From Candidatus Berkelbacteria bacterium RIFCSPLOWO2_01_FULL_50_28 (lineage in GTDB: Bacteria; Patescibacteriota; UBA1384; 2-12-FULL-50-11), in assembly GCA_001774395.1 (NCBI GenBank), contig MEZX01000002.1:160753-224752 (forward strand): a stretch of DNA of 64,000 bases. The letters run 5' to 3'. Every line of letters begins with the position of its first letter. The first letter of the stretch is position 1. A program made the position numbers and the translations under genes. Below the pieces are notes generated by a model. The model was not told the DNA's origin. It ran no database searches and was given only the letters and a program-made list of their open reading frames with translations. Below are positions 20,370-31,190 of the stretch, piece after piece.

Positions 20370-20428
20370 GTACTTCTAGATTAGCAAAACTCTTGCCGCT
20401 ACTCTACAATAATTGTTAGGGAGGGAAC

Positions 20429-21634
20429 ACGTCTAAAGAGCGGCTTTACTTTCGTTATAAGGTTAAAGATGAACACGGCAAGACCCGCGCTGGTCGTGCG
20501 GCGGCGAGTAATGCCTCTCAAGTGCGGCGACTTCTGCAAGGGCGCGGCTACACAATAATTGGCATCGTTCAGGAAAAGGGCTTCTTCCAGAATCTGGCCC
20601 TTGGGAAAGTTTCCGCCAAAGATCGCTCTGTGATGTACAAGGAGCTGGCCACGATGCTAAAAGCCGGCGTCAGCATCACCCAGGCAATCGAGATCGTGGC
20701 CGAAACGCCGAACAAAAAATTACAGAAAGTGTTGCGAGAAGTATCGACCAGTTTGGAGAACGGCTTTCCGCTCTCAGTAGCGATGTCGGGGCATCCAAAA
20801 ATATTTCCTATCGTCGAAACAGGAGTGGTGCGAGCCGGTGAAGCAACCGGAAATTTAGTGAAGGTGCTCCAAGAGCTGGCCATCACTACCGAACGCTCGG
20901 CTAATTTTAGCGGCAAGGTGAAAGGCGCAATGATCTACCCGGCCTTTATTGTGGTGGTGATGATTGTGGTTGGAGCGATAATTCTGACCAAAGTTATCCC
21001 GCCGATCAAAGATATCTTCTCTACCCAGGGAGCGGAGCTACCGTTAAGTACGCGGATGCTTATCGCTATGGCAGAAGGGTTGATCAATTATTGGGGCTGG
21101 ATAATCTTGGCTGTCATTTTGTTCGTGGTCATAATCAAACTATTTCTCATTACCAAGCCGGGTAAACGAACCTCGAGCGTCTTGGCTCTGAACTTTCCGG
21201 TTTTTGGCACACTGATGCGCCAGGTTTACTTAGCGCAATTTAATCGGACGATGACGCTGCTGGTGGGTGCGGGCGTGCCAATTATTGAGGCGGTAGAAAT
21301 CGTGACGGACTCGACGACCAACGTCATCTTTCGTGACGCGCTAACTGGTTTAATGCACTCGTTGGAACAAGGCTCGCCAATTTCAGTCTCGCTACAAGGC
21401 AGTAAGTACTTCCCTAAGCTCATGACGCAGCTGCTATTTGTTGGTCAACAGTCGGGCGATTTAGGGGGGACGACCCAAACTCTGGCGGAGTATTTCGAAG
21501 GCGAGGTAGATGTAAAACTGCGAACGTTCTCGTCGCTTCTGGAGCCGTTTATTATTACTATTTTAGGGCTGGCGGTGGGGTTCATTATCGTCTCGGTGCT
21601 GCAACCGATTTACAATTTAAGCTCGGCAATCTAA
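20429..21634 (+). CDS. pilC: Type IV pilus/T2SS inner-membrane platform protein PilC/GspF (apparent ACG start)
   Basis: LATMLKAGV, AGEATGNL, MIYPAF, LLEPFI; the conserved N-terminus F.YK.KD..GK...G lies in frame upstream of GTG 20522. Confidence 0.93.
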   Translation, partial: TSKERLYFRYKVKDEHGKTRAGRAAASNASQVRRLLQGRGYTIIGIVQEKGFFQNLALGKVSAKDRSVMYKELATMLKAGVSITQAIEIVAETPNKKLQKVLREVSTSLENGFPLSVAMSGHPKIFPIVETGVVRAGEATGNLVKVLQELAITTERSANFSGKVKGAMIYPAFIVVVMIVVGAIILTKVIPPIKDIFSTQGAELPLSTRMLIAMAEGLINYWGWIILAVILFVVIIKLFLITKPGKRTSSVLALNFPVFGTLMRQVYLAQFNRTMTLLVGAGVPIIEAVEIVTDSTTNVIFRDALTGLMHSLEQGSPISVSLQGSKYFPKLMTQLLFVGQQSGDLGGTTQTLAEYFEGEVDVKLRTFSSLLEPFIITILGLAVGFIIVSVLQPIYNLSSAI

Positions 21635-21663
21635 GCTAAATGATGATGGGAGTACTACATTTG

Positions 21664-22554
21664 ATGGCAAAGCGACGGGGCTTTACACTCATTGAGATGC
21701 TGGTGGTTATTACCATCATTGGCATCCTTATTACCCTGATTGTTGGGGTGATCGGGCCGATACAGCGCAAGAGTCGCGATACCAAAAGAAAGTCGGAGAT
21801 CGCTCTGTTTCTGGGTGGCTTGAACGAATTCAAAGCCGATTTCAAGATTTACCCGAATTTCACCATGTACCTTGGCTCGTACGGCACTTCCGGTAACGGC
21901 GGCGAAAACTCTAACTTTGCTCTCTCCTCGACTATTCCGCAGTGCAACGGCTTGCCGGCTAACGCGGGGCAGACAGCCTCGTTTGCCGATTTGAGCTCGG
22001 TCTTTCCACCAACCACCACCCCAACAGCCGCCCAAATTGACGCTAATCCGGTTATCTTGAAAGAGGGGTCAGTTCTACCGGCTGGCTCGAGTTTCTCTTC
22101 GGTCAATCACTTCCTGGTGTGTTTGCGCTACTTAGACCGAGTTGTGGCTGATGTTAGTAAGACTGGCGCCTTGGGTTATCAGGTTAGATTCTCTTACGAT
22201 TTTTCAGACGTTTTGGTTAGTGCCGAAATGGAGAACGCCAGCGACCCGGACGCCAAGACGCTCTACAACGCCGCGGCGCCAAAACGCTATTACCAAGGTT
22301 CGGGGCTAAATATTCGTCAGCTAGACGAAGATAGCAATATCAGTAGCTTCTACTCCGGTTTATCGGGGACTATCAGCGACGGAATGTATCTGTATCAGTG
22401 CCTGAAAAAAGCCCTTCCAGCAGGAGAAGCGATAATAACCGATGACCGTTCTGGCTCCACTTACGATCCGATTATCTACTCTGGTAGCGCTTGGGCAAAA
22501 AATACTGCCTGTCAAGATGCTTCAGGAGGGCTGAATGTCGTCCGTGCGTACTAA
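21664..22554 (+). CDS. Type IV pilin-like protein
   Basis: KRRG|FTLIEMLVVITII...KSRDTKRKS class III signal. Confidence 0.9.
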   Translation: MAKRRGFTLIEMLVVITIIGILITLIVGVIGPIQRKSRDTKRKSEIALFLGGLNEFKADFKIYPNFTMYLGSYGTSGNGGENSNFALSSTIPQCNGLPANAGQTASFADLSSVFPPTTTPTAAQIDANPVILKEGSVLPAGSSFSSVNHFLVCLRYLDRVVADVSKTGALGYQVRFSYDFSDVLVSAEMENASDPDAKTLYNAAAPKRYYQGSGLNIRQLDEDSNISSFYSGLSGTISDGMYLYQCLKKALPAGEAIITDDRSGSTYDPIIYSGSAWAKNTACQDASGGLNVVRAY

Positions 22555-23863
22555 AAAACGGTCCGGTTATTCCCTCATTGAGATGATGGTTGTTTTGGGG
22601 GTTATTGTGATGATCGGCATCGTTAGTCTGCCGAACATTTTTTCGCAGAACGAACGCGCCAGCCTGGACAGCAGCGCCCAGATGATCCGTCAGGTAATAA
22701 TTGACGCCTACACTCGATCGCTGGCGCCGACACGCAACGACGAATCTCGAACAGGGCAGATCTACCAAGTAGCGTTTGGCAACTTTATAACCGGTCAGCC
22801 GAAACAACAGGGCGAATTCTTCGAGGTCAGCGGTAATACCGGCACCAATAAGGTGTGGCTTGAACGGGGCCTGGCGCGCTGCGACTCTGGCGACGTACAG
22901 GGAGCGTTCTCGACTTTAAAGTCAATTACCCTGCCGCGCGGGATATTTGTCTCCAGCTTCTTTCCTAGTGATCAGCCTAACACCGAAGCAAAGTCGGTGA
23001 TCCGCTTTAGTGCTGGGGTAGAGGGCTTTCAATGCGGTAGCTACACCAAGCCCAACATCAAATCAGACAACTACCGCAACGATTTCGGATGGACTGGTGA
23101 GGATAAGAGCTTGAATCAAAAGGCCTACGCTCGTTACTTGGTAATTGAGCTTAGCGCCAACAAGATTCCCGAACACCGCTACGTTATTATGGACCGTCTA
23201 ACGAAAGAGGTTTCGGCGGTTAATTCCAACCCGCAGAGCTACTTTGCCTCGGATGGGGATAGCGCTGTACCGAAGTGGACGAGTATCAGTAACGATGACG
23301 ATATGACGCTTTCGATCGAGTGTCGAGCCAACGATGCCGATATGCTGCTGACCTTCAAACGGGCCGAAGATCGTCCTAGTGCCACCGAGAACCCCGATCC
23401 GAACCTAGCAGTTTACTACGACATCGACTGGGATTTGCATAACGGCTCTGGCTACGTGCCGCTTTCACTTAAATATTTCTACGATCTTGGCCGTAATGAG
23501 GTTAAGTTCAGTTTTACCACAACTGCCATGTCGGTTGCTTCTCGTCCCGCAAAAATTGGCATTCAGCTCAAAGCCCAGGACGAATTTGCAAATATGCAGC
23601 TGGAGAGCACTCCAGCCGATCCGCTACTACGCTGGTGGCAGAAAGATTTCATCCCTTCCTGCGGGGATCTGCCGGTAACAGAGGTGGAGGAATCCCCACC
23701 TAGCCCAATTCCACCGCAAGGTGACCCGGGCGGTGAAGCTCTGTCGTGCGGCCCGACTGCTTGGCAGCCGCACAATTGGCTTCTTGGTATTGCTTCAAAA
23801 CTTGGGTTGGTGGAGCGGACTTTTGCGCTTGTTGAAAGTGCATGTGACGATGTGGCGCTATGA
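22535..23863 (+). CDS. Minor pilin/pseudopilin (FimT/GspH-like) with large C-terminal domain
   Basis: KRSG|YSLIEMMVVLGVI. Confidence 0.85.
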   Translation: MSSVRTKKRSGYSLIEMMVVLGVIVMIGIVSLPNIFSQNERASLDSSAQMIRQVIIDAYTRSLAPTRNDESRTGQIYQVAFGNFITGQPKQQGEFFEVSGNTGTNKVWLERGLARCDSGDVQGAFSTLKSITLPRGIFVSSFFPSDQPNTEAKSVIRFSAGVEGFQCGSYTKPNIKSDNYRNDFGWTGEDKSLNQKAYARYLVIELSANKIPEHRYVIMDRLTKEVSAVNSNPQSYFASDGDSAVPKWTSISNDDDMTLSIECRANDADMLLTFKRAEDRPSATENPDPNLAVYYDIDWDLHNGSGYVPLSLKYFYDLGRNEVKFSFTTTAMSVASRPAKIGIQLKAQDEFANMQLESTPADPLLRWWQKDFIPSCGDLPVTEVEESPPSPIPPQGDPGGEALSCGPTAWQPHNWLLGIASKLGLVERTFALVESACDDVAL

Positions 23864-24324
23864 TGAACACTAAACAACGCGGTTTTTCATTAATTGAGGT
23901 TCTTTTTGCCGTGTCGTTTTTGGTAATGGTGGGGGTAGCGATGGCAACGCTCAACGCTACCGCTAGTCGGTTGATTACTGGCACGGAAATCCGAGTGGAG
24001 GCCCAAGCGCTCAACGAACAGGCCCTAGCGTTCGTGGCGTTGCAAAGACGCACTATGGGCTCGGAATTTGCAACTAATTATTCTGGCTGTATCACTGGCA
24101 CAAAAGGGCCTAAAACTTGTTATGTATACTGTCCGCCAACACAGGTAGATGTCAGCTGCACCCTGACGCCGACCCGCAAGGCGACAACGCTTGGCATCAA
24201 CAAACTGCAATACGTTCCGTCTGTGCTCATTAAGACAACGGGTACAAAATATACTGTTATTGCTACTACCTCCTGGGGTAGCGGTATCAACCGTCAGATA
24301 ACGGCTAGCCAGCTGATCCAATGA
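23860..24324 (+). CDS. Minor pilin (PilV-like)
   Basis: QRG|FSLIEVLFA. Confidence 0.85.
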   Translation: MMNTKQRGFSLIEVLFAVSFLVMVGVAMATLNATASRLITGTEIRVEAQALNEQALAFVALQRRTMGSEFATNYSGCITGTKGPKTCYVYCPPTQVDVSCTLTPTRKATTLGINKLQYVPSVLIKTTGTKYTVIATTSWGSGINRQITASQLIQ

Positions 24325-25865
24325 GTCTTACAAGAAAAGGCAGTTTTACCCTCGTTGAGCTGATCGTTAGCGTCGCCTTGTTTATGGTTGCCATCACCGT
24401 GGCGCTTTACGCGACCGTTGGCACTCACGGTATCATTGCTCGCACGGAAGCTCGAGCGGTTGTGGCCGAGTCGAGTCGTTCGGTAAGCGACGCTATCCGG
24501 CGAATTACGGTTAACGCCCCAGTTGGGGGGATTGATTTGGTAGGCGGTCTGCAAAGCGGCGGCTATCCGGGTCTGCGCGCGCGGTCGTTTGCCAGCGGGG
24601 AATCGAGCAACATCTGTAGCATTATCGGCCGAGCCTTGGTTACCGTCGACAGTACGGGGAAAGAGCTTTTCGCCCTTGATCAAACGGGCTCAGCGATGGC
24701 GACTTGGATTTATGGCGTTGATGATGCCGGTCTCTGCCCAGCTCCTGGAACAAGCAGCCGTCTTCTCTTTCAAAATCGCCTGACCAACCGACAGACCAAG
24801 GTCACGAGCTTTTCGACGCAGCTACTCTCCATGAACTGTCAGAGCGGCTGTAGTACCAAGGAGCAGCTTCGTTATGTTCTGACTGTCGAAGAAAATACGG
24901 CCCTCGCTGGTCGGGCGTCGGAAACACGGCGGCCAAGCGTTCAGATTTCGGGTAGCGTCCCAATTGGATTAGTTGATGAGACTGTCGGCCTGCCGAACAT
25001 CGTGACGTCCGATCTGCCAGACGGTATCGTGGAAACAGCTTACAGCCAGACCTTAGTGGCGGGCGGCGGGACAACGCCGTACGCTTGGACACTGGTGTCT
25101 GGTGCACTGCCGAGCAATCTAACTCTCTCAAGCATCGGCGTAATCAGTGGCACGCCGCAAGCCGGCACGCAGGGTACTTACAATATCACCGTTCGGGTCA
25201 CTGACGATAACAGCAAAACCGATGATCAGTCCCTGATACTCCAAGTTAGCCCGGTTAACGGCGGTCCGCAACTGACCATTATAACTAACTCGCCGCTTAC
25301 TAATGGGACAGTAGGAACAGCTTACTCGGCCACGCTTCAAGGGGCTAATGGTAGCCAGCCGTATTCGTGGAGTAACCCGGGCGGCGGTTTACCAACTGGT
25401 CTAAGCCTAGCCTCTTCAACAGGCGTAATTAGCGGTACGCCAACGGTGGCTAACAACTACAGCTTCGTTATCCGCCTAACCGATAGCCAGCCGAGCTTTG
25501 TCGAGAAGACATTTAACATTCTGATTAGTGCGGGTAACCAACCGTTAACCATTACCACCACCTCCCCGCTGCCCAACGCCACGGCAACTTGTGCGTATTC
25601 ACAGCAGCTCTCAGCTACTGGAGGAACTCCGGGTTACAGCTGGGCTTTCGACGGTGTTTTGCCAATTCAACTTTCCTGGCTATCTATCAGTGCGGGAGGC
25701 CTACTAACTGGAACACCAACGATGGCAGGCGGGCCGTACACCTTTAGTGTACAAGTAACAGATTCGGGTACTCCAGTACCTGGTACCCAAACCAAGAGCT
25801 TCAACCTAACAATCGACCCGCTGTTGATGTCCTGTGGGGGCACTGGGGAAGAAGAGTTAGGATGA
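24321..25865 (+). CDS. Minor pilin (PilW-like) fused to three putative Ig (He_PIG-type) domains
   Basis: KGS|FTLVELIV; three repeats of I.T..LP.G.V..AYS..L.A.GG..PY.W....G.LP..L.L...G.ISGTP. Confidence 0.85.
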   Translation: MSLTRKGSFTLVELIVSVALFMVAITVALYATVGTHGIIARTEARAVVAESSRSVSDAIRRITVNAPVGGIDLVGGLQSGGYPGLRARSFASGESSNICSIIGRALVTVDSTGKELFALDQTGSAMATWIYGVDDAGLCPAPGTSSRLLFQNRLTNRQTKVTSFSTQLLSMNCQSGCSTKEQLRYVLTVEENTALAGRASETRRPSVQISGSVPIGLVDETVGLPNIVTSDLPDGIVETAYSQTLVAGGGTTPYAWTLVSGALPSNLTLSSIGVISGTPQAGTQGTYNITVRVTDDNSKTDDQSLILQVSPVNGGPQLTIITNSPLTNGTVGTAYSATLQGANGSQPYSWSNPGGGLPTGLSLASSTGVISGTPTVANNYSFVIRLTDSQPSFVEKTFNILISAGNQPLTITTTSPLPNATATCAYSQQLSATGGTPGYSWAFDGVLPIQLSWLSISAGGLLTGTPTMAGGPYTFSVQVTDSGTPVPGTQTKSFNLTIDPLLMSCGGTGEEELG

Positions 25866-28800
25866 CGACAAAAGGTAGCTCCGGCTCGGTGCTACTGCTC
25901 ACAGTGATGGTCCTGGCGGTTTTGACCACGACGACTTTCGGGGCGATCGCCGTGCGTTTTGATCAGCTTGCCGCAACGGATAAATTAACCAACTCAGCGG
26001 TTGCTAAACTGGCCGCTGACTCGGGTCTAGCCCAGCTGCGTGATAAGTTGATCAACAATCAGCCGGTCAGCCAGGCCTACTCTTACAACATCGAAACAGC
26101 CCAAGAGAATCAGATAGCCACAACCGCCGGCTATCGACCGAACCCCAGATCGTCGTACGCCACCTACGAACCAGCCAAAACTTCGCTGCCGCGCTGTATC
26201 GCCGCCGCCGTGCTGGATCCTTGGGTAAACAGCGGCAAGTATCTGTCGAAAGACGTTGCCAGCCCAACGCTAATTTTCTACTACGCCAACATCGTTAACG
26301 ACACGCCGTTGGGTATACTGCCAGCCAACGCGAACCTTTCAGTGAACGACAAGAAGATTCCGATCTCCGACGTCACCAGTATGGGTCACTTTTACAATCC
26401 GTTCGCGCCGTTGAACGCTACCCAAGATTCGCCCAGCTACTGGACGATCAAACTCGGTGGGCCGGACGACCAGTTCTTGACCCAGAAGGCCTCAAACAAC
26501 GTCGACTCGCTTTTCCGCGGCCTTGACGTCCTCTATAGCTATTATCTGCCCAGGCTGACTGACTCGGGTATCGCCGCGGGCGGCTCCCAGACGGGGTTAG
26601 ATCGAATTGATAGTGCTGATCTTACCGGTTTATTTGAAGACACGATTCGCAATAATAACTTCAAAGTTTGGCTTGACGCCTCAATTTCCGATACTTATCT
26701 CTACCAGTACGGATTAGGCGATCTGTTTGTTGCGAATTCGCAGTACCGCATAAAGTGGATGCAGCCCTCGCTCTGGAACGACTTGCCAGAAGCGGATGTG
26801 GCTGTGCCTTATAAATCAGACGATCTGGGCGCCTCGACGGTCTCGTGGACAAAGAAAGGCTTGCCGCTCCTGACGCCAGGAGCAGACATCGGCGGTTGGG
26901 GGGTATCTATCTTACGCGGCGCTTCTTCGTTTTCGTTTGTGCGCTTGAGCAGTGCCAGTAACGGCGTTGCTTTTAGCCCCGGTCAGACCATCGACGGGTT
27001 TGTTTACGGCGGCCTTGACGGTCTGCGGCTCAATTCACGCCTCAGCCTGCAGCTATTTACCAAAGTTGGCGGTCACGTCTCTTTGAAAAGTCGCGCTCAG
27101 GACCAAGGGAAACTTTACGGGGCTACCGTTACTCAGATTGGATCGGTCACTGCGCAAAATATCGCCATTAAGTTAAAACTAAGCAGCAACGACTACGAGA
27201 CGCCGACGCTCTCCTATTCCAGTGCTTACCCGACCGGCTCAATGATCGGCACAATCGCCTTGCTTGCCGCGCCGCAGTTCTCGACTAACAAGTCTCTCTC
27301 CTCGGCGACAGTCAAGGCCGATGGGGACGGCATAAATGCCAACATTACGGTGCAGAGTAACGGTAACTGCGTTGCTGTCGCGGGCAGCTTTACCGCCTGT
27401 CCGGCGGTGGGGGATCTTATCGGCCTGTCAAAATCTGGCCAAGATCCGCTTTGGGGGATGGTTGAGACGGTTAGTTTTACTGGTACAAACCTCGGTAGTT
27501 TTACGATAGACAAATTGCGACGGGGGCCAAAACCTACCCGCCATCAAGCAGTGACGTACTATACAGCCAACTCTAACCCGCGTATCGCCTACTTCGGCGG
27601 CGCGATCGATATGAACGATTACGACGGCGGTTACGCTTCAGAGAGTGCGGAACTGTGGATTTACGACCCAGAAGGCGACAGTTGGAGCTATCCGAATAAC
27701 CCTGGTGGCACGCCACCGGGACCGCGCGCCGGCGCTTCGATGGTCTACGATAACGTCAACGGTCGCTTGGTGGTTGTTGGTGGCTACTATCACGAGGCAG
27801 TGACTCCCGATGCCAACCCGGCCTTTGACTGTGAGATTAGCCAGCAGTCGTGCTTGTACACTAACCGGCCTCATTTTCGTATCGCCAAACGAATAGTTAA
27901 CGACGTCTATGCCTACAATATCGCCGGTAATTCCTGGGAGAAGATGAACTACACCTTTACCGGCGCGGCCCAAAAGATTGAGAACGGTGTCACCTACACC
28001 GCTCGAGTGGTCTCAACGCTGGCCAATCGAAGCGGGTTAGAAGGCTGGCGCCAGACGACGCTGATGGAGAACGCCTCGCCGCAGACTATCAACATTAACG
28101 GCGCGGCGACTAATATTGTTGTTAAGCCGTCCGCGGCCGGGCTGGCAATCGGGGACGAGCTGTATCTTTCCGGAAAGCTCACCGTTAGCGCCGCCTCATT
28201 CACTGCCTGGGGGAGGATAACCGGCATCAATTACGCCGCCAACAGTATCACCGTTACCGTGCGCGGCTATAAAAAAGCTGCTCCCACCGATCCAAACACA
28301 GTGACACTGAGTGATCTTTCGATGCAGGTCTTAAGTCGTCTCGGAAACGGCAACGGTCAAACTTGTACAGGAGTTGTTACTACCTCTTACTCTTGCAATT
28401 TCAGTAATATCACTGGTTTTGCCGTTGGCGACCAAGTGGTTCTGGAGAGATATGTTGGATCAGAAAATTTAACAGATGTTTTAAGCGGTTTTATCAGCTA
28501 CACCTCGGGTACGTCAGCCTATTTTGTGGCCGACGAACGCGACAGCGCCATCTTAGATTTCGCCGATCAGTCTCTGGGTCGCCCTAGCGGCGGCACGGCC
28601 GTCGCCTTCCCTGTTGGGCGTTACGGGGCAACGCTTGGGCAGGATCCAACTGCTGGCGACACAGATAAAGCGCTGTTGTATCAAGGGGCGTCGAAGAATT
28701 TTGCTGCTAATTTGCGTTTTAACGATGTCTGGCAGGCCAAATTCAACGCTGGCACTGGCACCGGCAGTATTGCCTGGACGCTGTTCAATTTGCAGAATCC

Positions 28801-30964
28801 CCAAGGGCCGAATACCGATTCTGGATACTATATTCAGAATATCCGTTCGTCGTACTTTGCTAATGTCTTCACAAGCTCCGTTGCGGCCGAGAACCCGGGG
28901 ATGGTCAAAGACTTGGATTACACCGATCCGCGGACTGAACAGCACTATGTAGCGTGGGATGAGACTAAAAACTGGACTTTGAAACTCGACACGACGGGGC
29001 AGGAGAGTCTATCCAGCGGCCAACTTGTGCCAGGCGCCCAGATTATTATTGAGCGCCAGAGCTTGGTTGCTGACGGAGCTCAGCCGCGCGGTCGTGAAGT
29101 TTTCCACGGTTACATCGTCAGTAACTTTGGCGGCTCTTATGACAGCACCAAGATAGTGGTGCGCCACAACCCGTCTTACGCCGACGACAAAGGTCTGCTC
29201 GGAGATTCAGCCGCTTCTAAAATCTCTATCTATTCCTATCTGCCAACGACCGCCCCGATCCGTAAACAGAGCGATTCGAACTGGCTAACCGCCGCGTGGG
29301 ACGGGACAACGAAGAGTTTCACTGTTAGCTCAAGCGACATCAACCTTAACGAAATCCCACCAGTTGGAGCTCTGATTCAATCCTGGAAAAACCCCAACAG
29401 CAGTGCCACGATCGATGCGACGCTCTTTGTGGTGAAGGGCCGTACTTACAGCTACAACCTCGGGGCGCATCAGTTCCGATTCGATGTGGATACCATCAAG
29501 CTCTCCACGCCTCTCCCAATTGCCTTCGGTAGCAACCAGGTGGTCGGAGATGCTAATAGTGCCCGGGTTATGTCGCTTGGTGATCAAAATATGCCTTGGG
29601 ACAGCTGGGCTGCACCGGACTGGGCGACAGACGCTTCTGCCAATAATCGCTGGGTTATCCGTCGTTCTGCCACGGGAAACCCGGGTTACGCGCCAGGTCC
29701 GCGCCAAGCAGCCGCTCTAGGGTCGTATTTCGATGGCACAAATTCGCAACTCTATATGGCTGGGGCTAGCTTCGGTCCGACGTCGACAGTTTGGAAAAAA
29801 TCCAACGCTGGCAAGACTACTTATACTAGCGACACTGCCTGGTCGTTTCTCAAGACATCGCCGAACAACGACAACGGTTTACCCAGTTTGTGGGGCTCCT
29901 CGATGATTGTTTACCGGTTCAATAGCCAAACAAAAGCGGTTTATTTCAACGGTAAGTTGAAGTACGACAACGGCCGTAACGATTACGGTCGCACCGTTGG
30001 GGCTCGTATCTTGGGGCGGCCGGACTTGAATCGCTGGGGAACCGAATCCAACGGCGGTTACCAGAACAGTGACAATACTTTTTATCTGGACGACACTAGC
30101 TCAACGCTTGATTCGGCCGGGTTTGTTAGTAGTATTTACAACAACTTCCCCACAACCGCTCCAACATCGGTCAAAGATAGTTTTCGCCTCAAGGGATACG
30201 GAATTACGCCAACATCGCAAGGCGGTTGGAGCACCGGCAAAGCGGTCTGCCCGTACTTGGGTCAGAAATGCGACGGCGGTAACGATTACAGCCCGCTTTT
30301 GGGCAGCCTGGGAACGCTCGGCCGCAGCTCCAGTAACAGCAGCGCCTACGGCGGCTACGGTTGGGGCTCGAGTCGAGCGGTTCTGAACCCTGGTTCGGCA
30401 TTCTTGAGCCAAGGTGGCAACGCGAGCGCGATTCTCTCCGGGCCAACATTCTCTGGCAACATCACCAACGGTCGTTGGGAGCAGGACGGTTACGCACCGT
30501 ATCTCTGTGACTCGCAAGTCGGCTGCGGCAATTACTATCAATCGAACTACGGCTCGCTGGCAACTAATTTCCAGAGCGATAAGACGATAATGTTTGCTGG
30601 TTACACTAAACTGATCGGCGGCGGTAAGGGCGGAGCGATTCTGGTCACGCCAGCCGGCGTCGGCACAGGGTTTCTAACCAAATCCGGCATACTTGGTGGC
30701 GCGAGTGATCGTTGGTACTCGTACTGCGCCGCCAGCGACACTACTGTTGATGGCAGCGATAACTACACCTGTAACACCAAAGCAACGCGCTATTTGCCCT
30801 GGTTGCCGGACATCGAAGATATGCTTTTCCTGATGAACGCCGCGGTAAAGTTGGCCTCGGCCGACAGCTACAAAGTCACCGGTTACTACGGCAACGCCCG
30901 TCGGGCCTATATTGTCACTTCCGTTACCGGCGAAGATGCGAAGGTTCAGGAAATAACGCCGTAA
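25862..30964 (+). CDS. Giant PilX-like pilin fused to Kelch-containing adhesin region (1700 aa)
   Basis: G|SVLLLTVMVL...AKLAADSGL (PilX-type N-terminus); Kelch motifs PGPRAGASMVYD...LVVVGG. Confidence 0.8.
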   Translation: MTTKGSSGSVLLLTVMVLAVLTTTTFGAIAVRFDQLAATDKLTNSAVAKLAADSGLAQLRDKLINNQPVSQAYSYNIETAQENQIATTAGYRPNPRSSYATYEPAKTSLPRCIAAAVLDPWVNSGKYLSKDVASPTLIFYYANIVNDTPLGILPANANLSVNDKKIPISDVTSMGHFYNPFAPLNATQDSPSYWTIKLGGPDDQFLTQKASNNVDSLFRGLDVLYSYYLPRLTDSGIAAGGSQTGLDRIDSADLTGLFEDTIRNNNFKVWLDASISDTYLYQYGLGDLFVANSQYRIKWMQPSLWNDLPEADVAVPYKSDDLGASTVSWTKKGLPLLTPGADIGGWGVSILRGASSFSFVRLSSASNGVAFSPGQTIDGFVYGGLDGLRLNSRLSLQLFTKVGGHVSLKSRAQDQGKLYGATVTQIGSVTAQNIAIKLKLSSNDYETPTLSYSSAYPTGSMIGTIALLAAPQFSTNKSLSSATVKADGDGINANITVQSNGNCVAVAGSFTACPAVGDLIGLSKSGQDPLWGMVETVSFTGTNLGSFTIDKLRRGPKPTRHQAVTYYTANSNPRIAYFGGAIDMNDYDGGYASESAELWIYDPEGDSWSYPNNPGGTPPGPRAGASMVYDNVNGRLVVVGGYYHEAVTPDANPAFDCEISQQSCLYTNRPHFRIAKRIVNDVYAYNIAGNSWEKMNYTFTGAAQKIENGVTYTARVVSTLANRSGLEGWRQTTLMENASPQTININGAATNIVVKPSAAGLAIGDELYLSGKLTVSAASFTAWGRITGINYAANSITVTVRGYKKAAPTDPNTVTLSDLSMQVLSRLGNGNGQTCTGVVTTSYSCNFSNITGFAVGDQVVLERYVGSENLTDVLSGFISYTSGTSAYFVADERDSAILDFADQSLGRPSGGTAVAFPVGRYGATLGQDPTAGDTDKALLYQGASKNFAANLRFNDVWQAKFNAGTGTGSIAWTLFNLQNPQGPNTDSGYYIQNIRSSYFANVFTSSVAAENPGMVKDLDYTDPRTEQHYVAWDETKNWTLKLDTTGQESLSSGQLVPGAQIIIERQSLVADGAQPRGREVFHGYIVSNFGGSYDSTKIVVRHNPSYADDKGLLGDSAASKISIYSYLPTTAPIRKQSDSNWLTAAWDGTTKSFTVSSSDINLNEIPPVGALIQSWKNPNSSATIDATLFVVKGRTYSYNLGAHQFRFDVDTIKLSTPLPIAFGSNQVVGDANSARVMSLGDQNMPWDSWAAPDWATDASANNRWVIRRSATGNPGYAPGPRQAAALGSYFDGTNSQLYMAGASFGPTSTVWKKSNAGKTTYTSDTAWSFLKTSPNNDNGLPSLWGSSMIVYRFNSQTKAVYFNGKLKYDNGRNDYGRTVGARILGRPDLNRWGTESNGGYQNSDNTFYLDDTSSTLDSAGFVSSIYNNFPTTAPTSVKDSFRLKGYGITPTSQGGWSTGKAVCPYLGQKCDGGNDYSPLLGSLGTLGRSSSNSSAYGGYGWGSSRAVLNPGSAFLSQGGNASAILSGPTFSGNITNGRWEQDGYAPYLCDSQVGCGNYYQSNYGSLATNFQSDKTIMFAGYTKLIGGGKGGAILVTPAGVGTGFLTKSGILGGASDRWYSYCAASDTTVDGSDNYTCNTKATRYLPWLPDIEDMLFLMNAAVKLASADSYKVTGYYGNARRAYIVTSVTGEDAKVQEITP

Positions 30965-31190
30965 GTGAAGGACTGCGCCCTCAAACCAATTTTTGTGGGG
31001 AGGAGGCTCCCACACCTTTTTTGCAGAGGACAAGGGGCCTACTTGCGAAGCGGCCCCCTATCCTCTGCACTCCAACCCCTGCCCGCTTCACCTTAGCGGC
31101 GGACAAGGTGAAAAACCGCTCACGGACCTGCTGTGGGTCAGGCTCGCGGTTTTTCGGTATTGATAAGCGGGATACACTGTCGGTTTTCGA

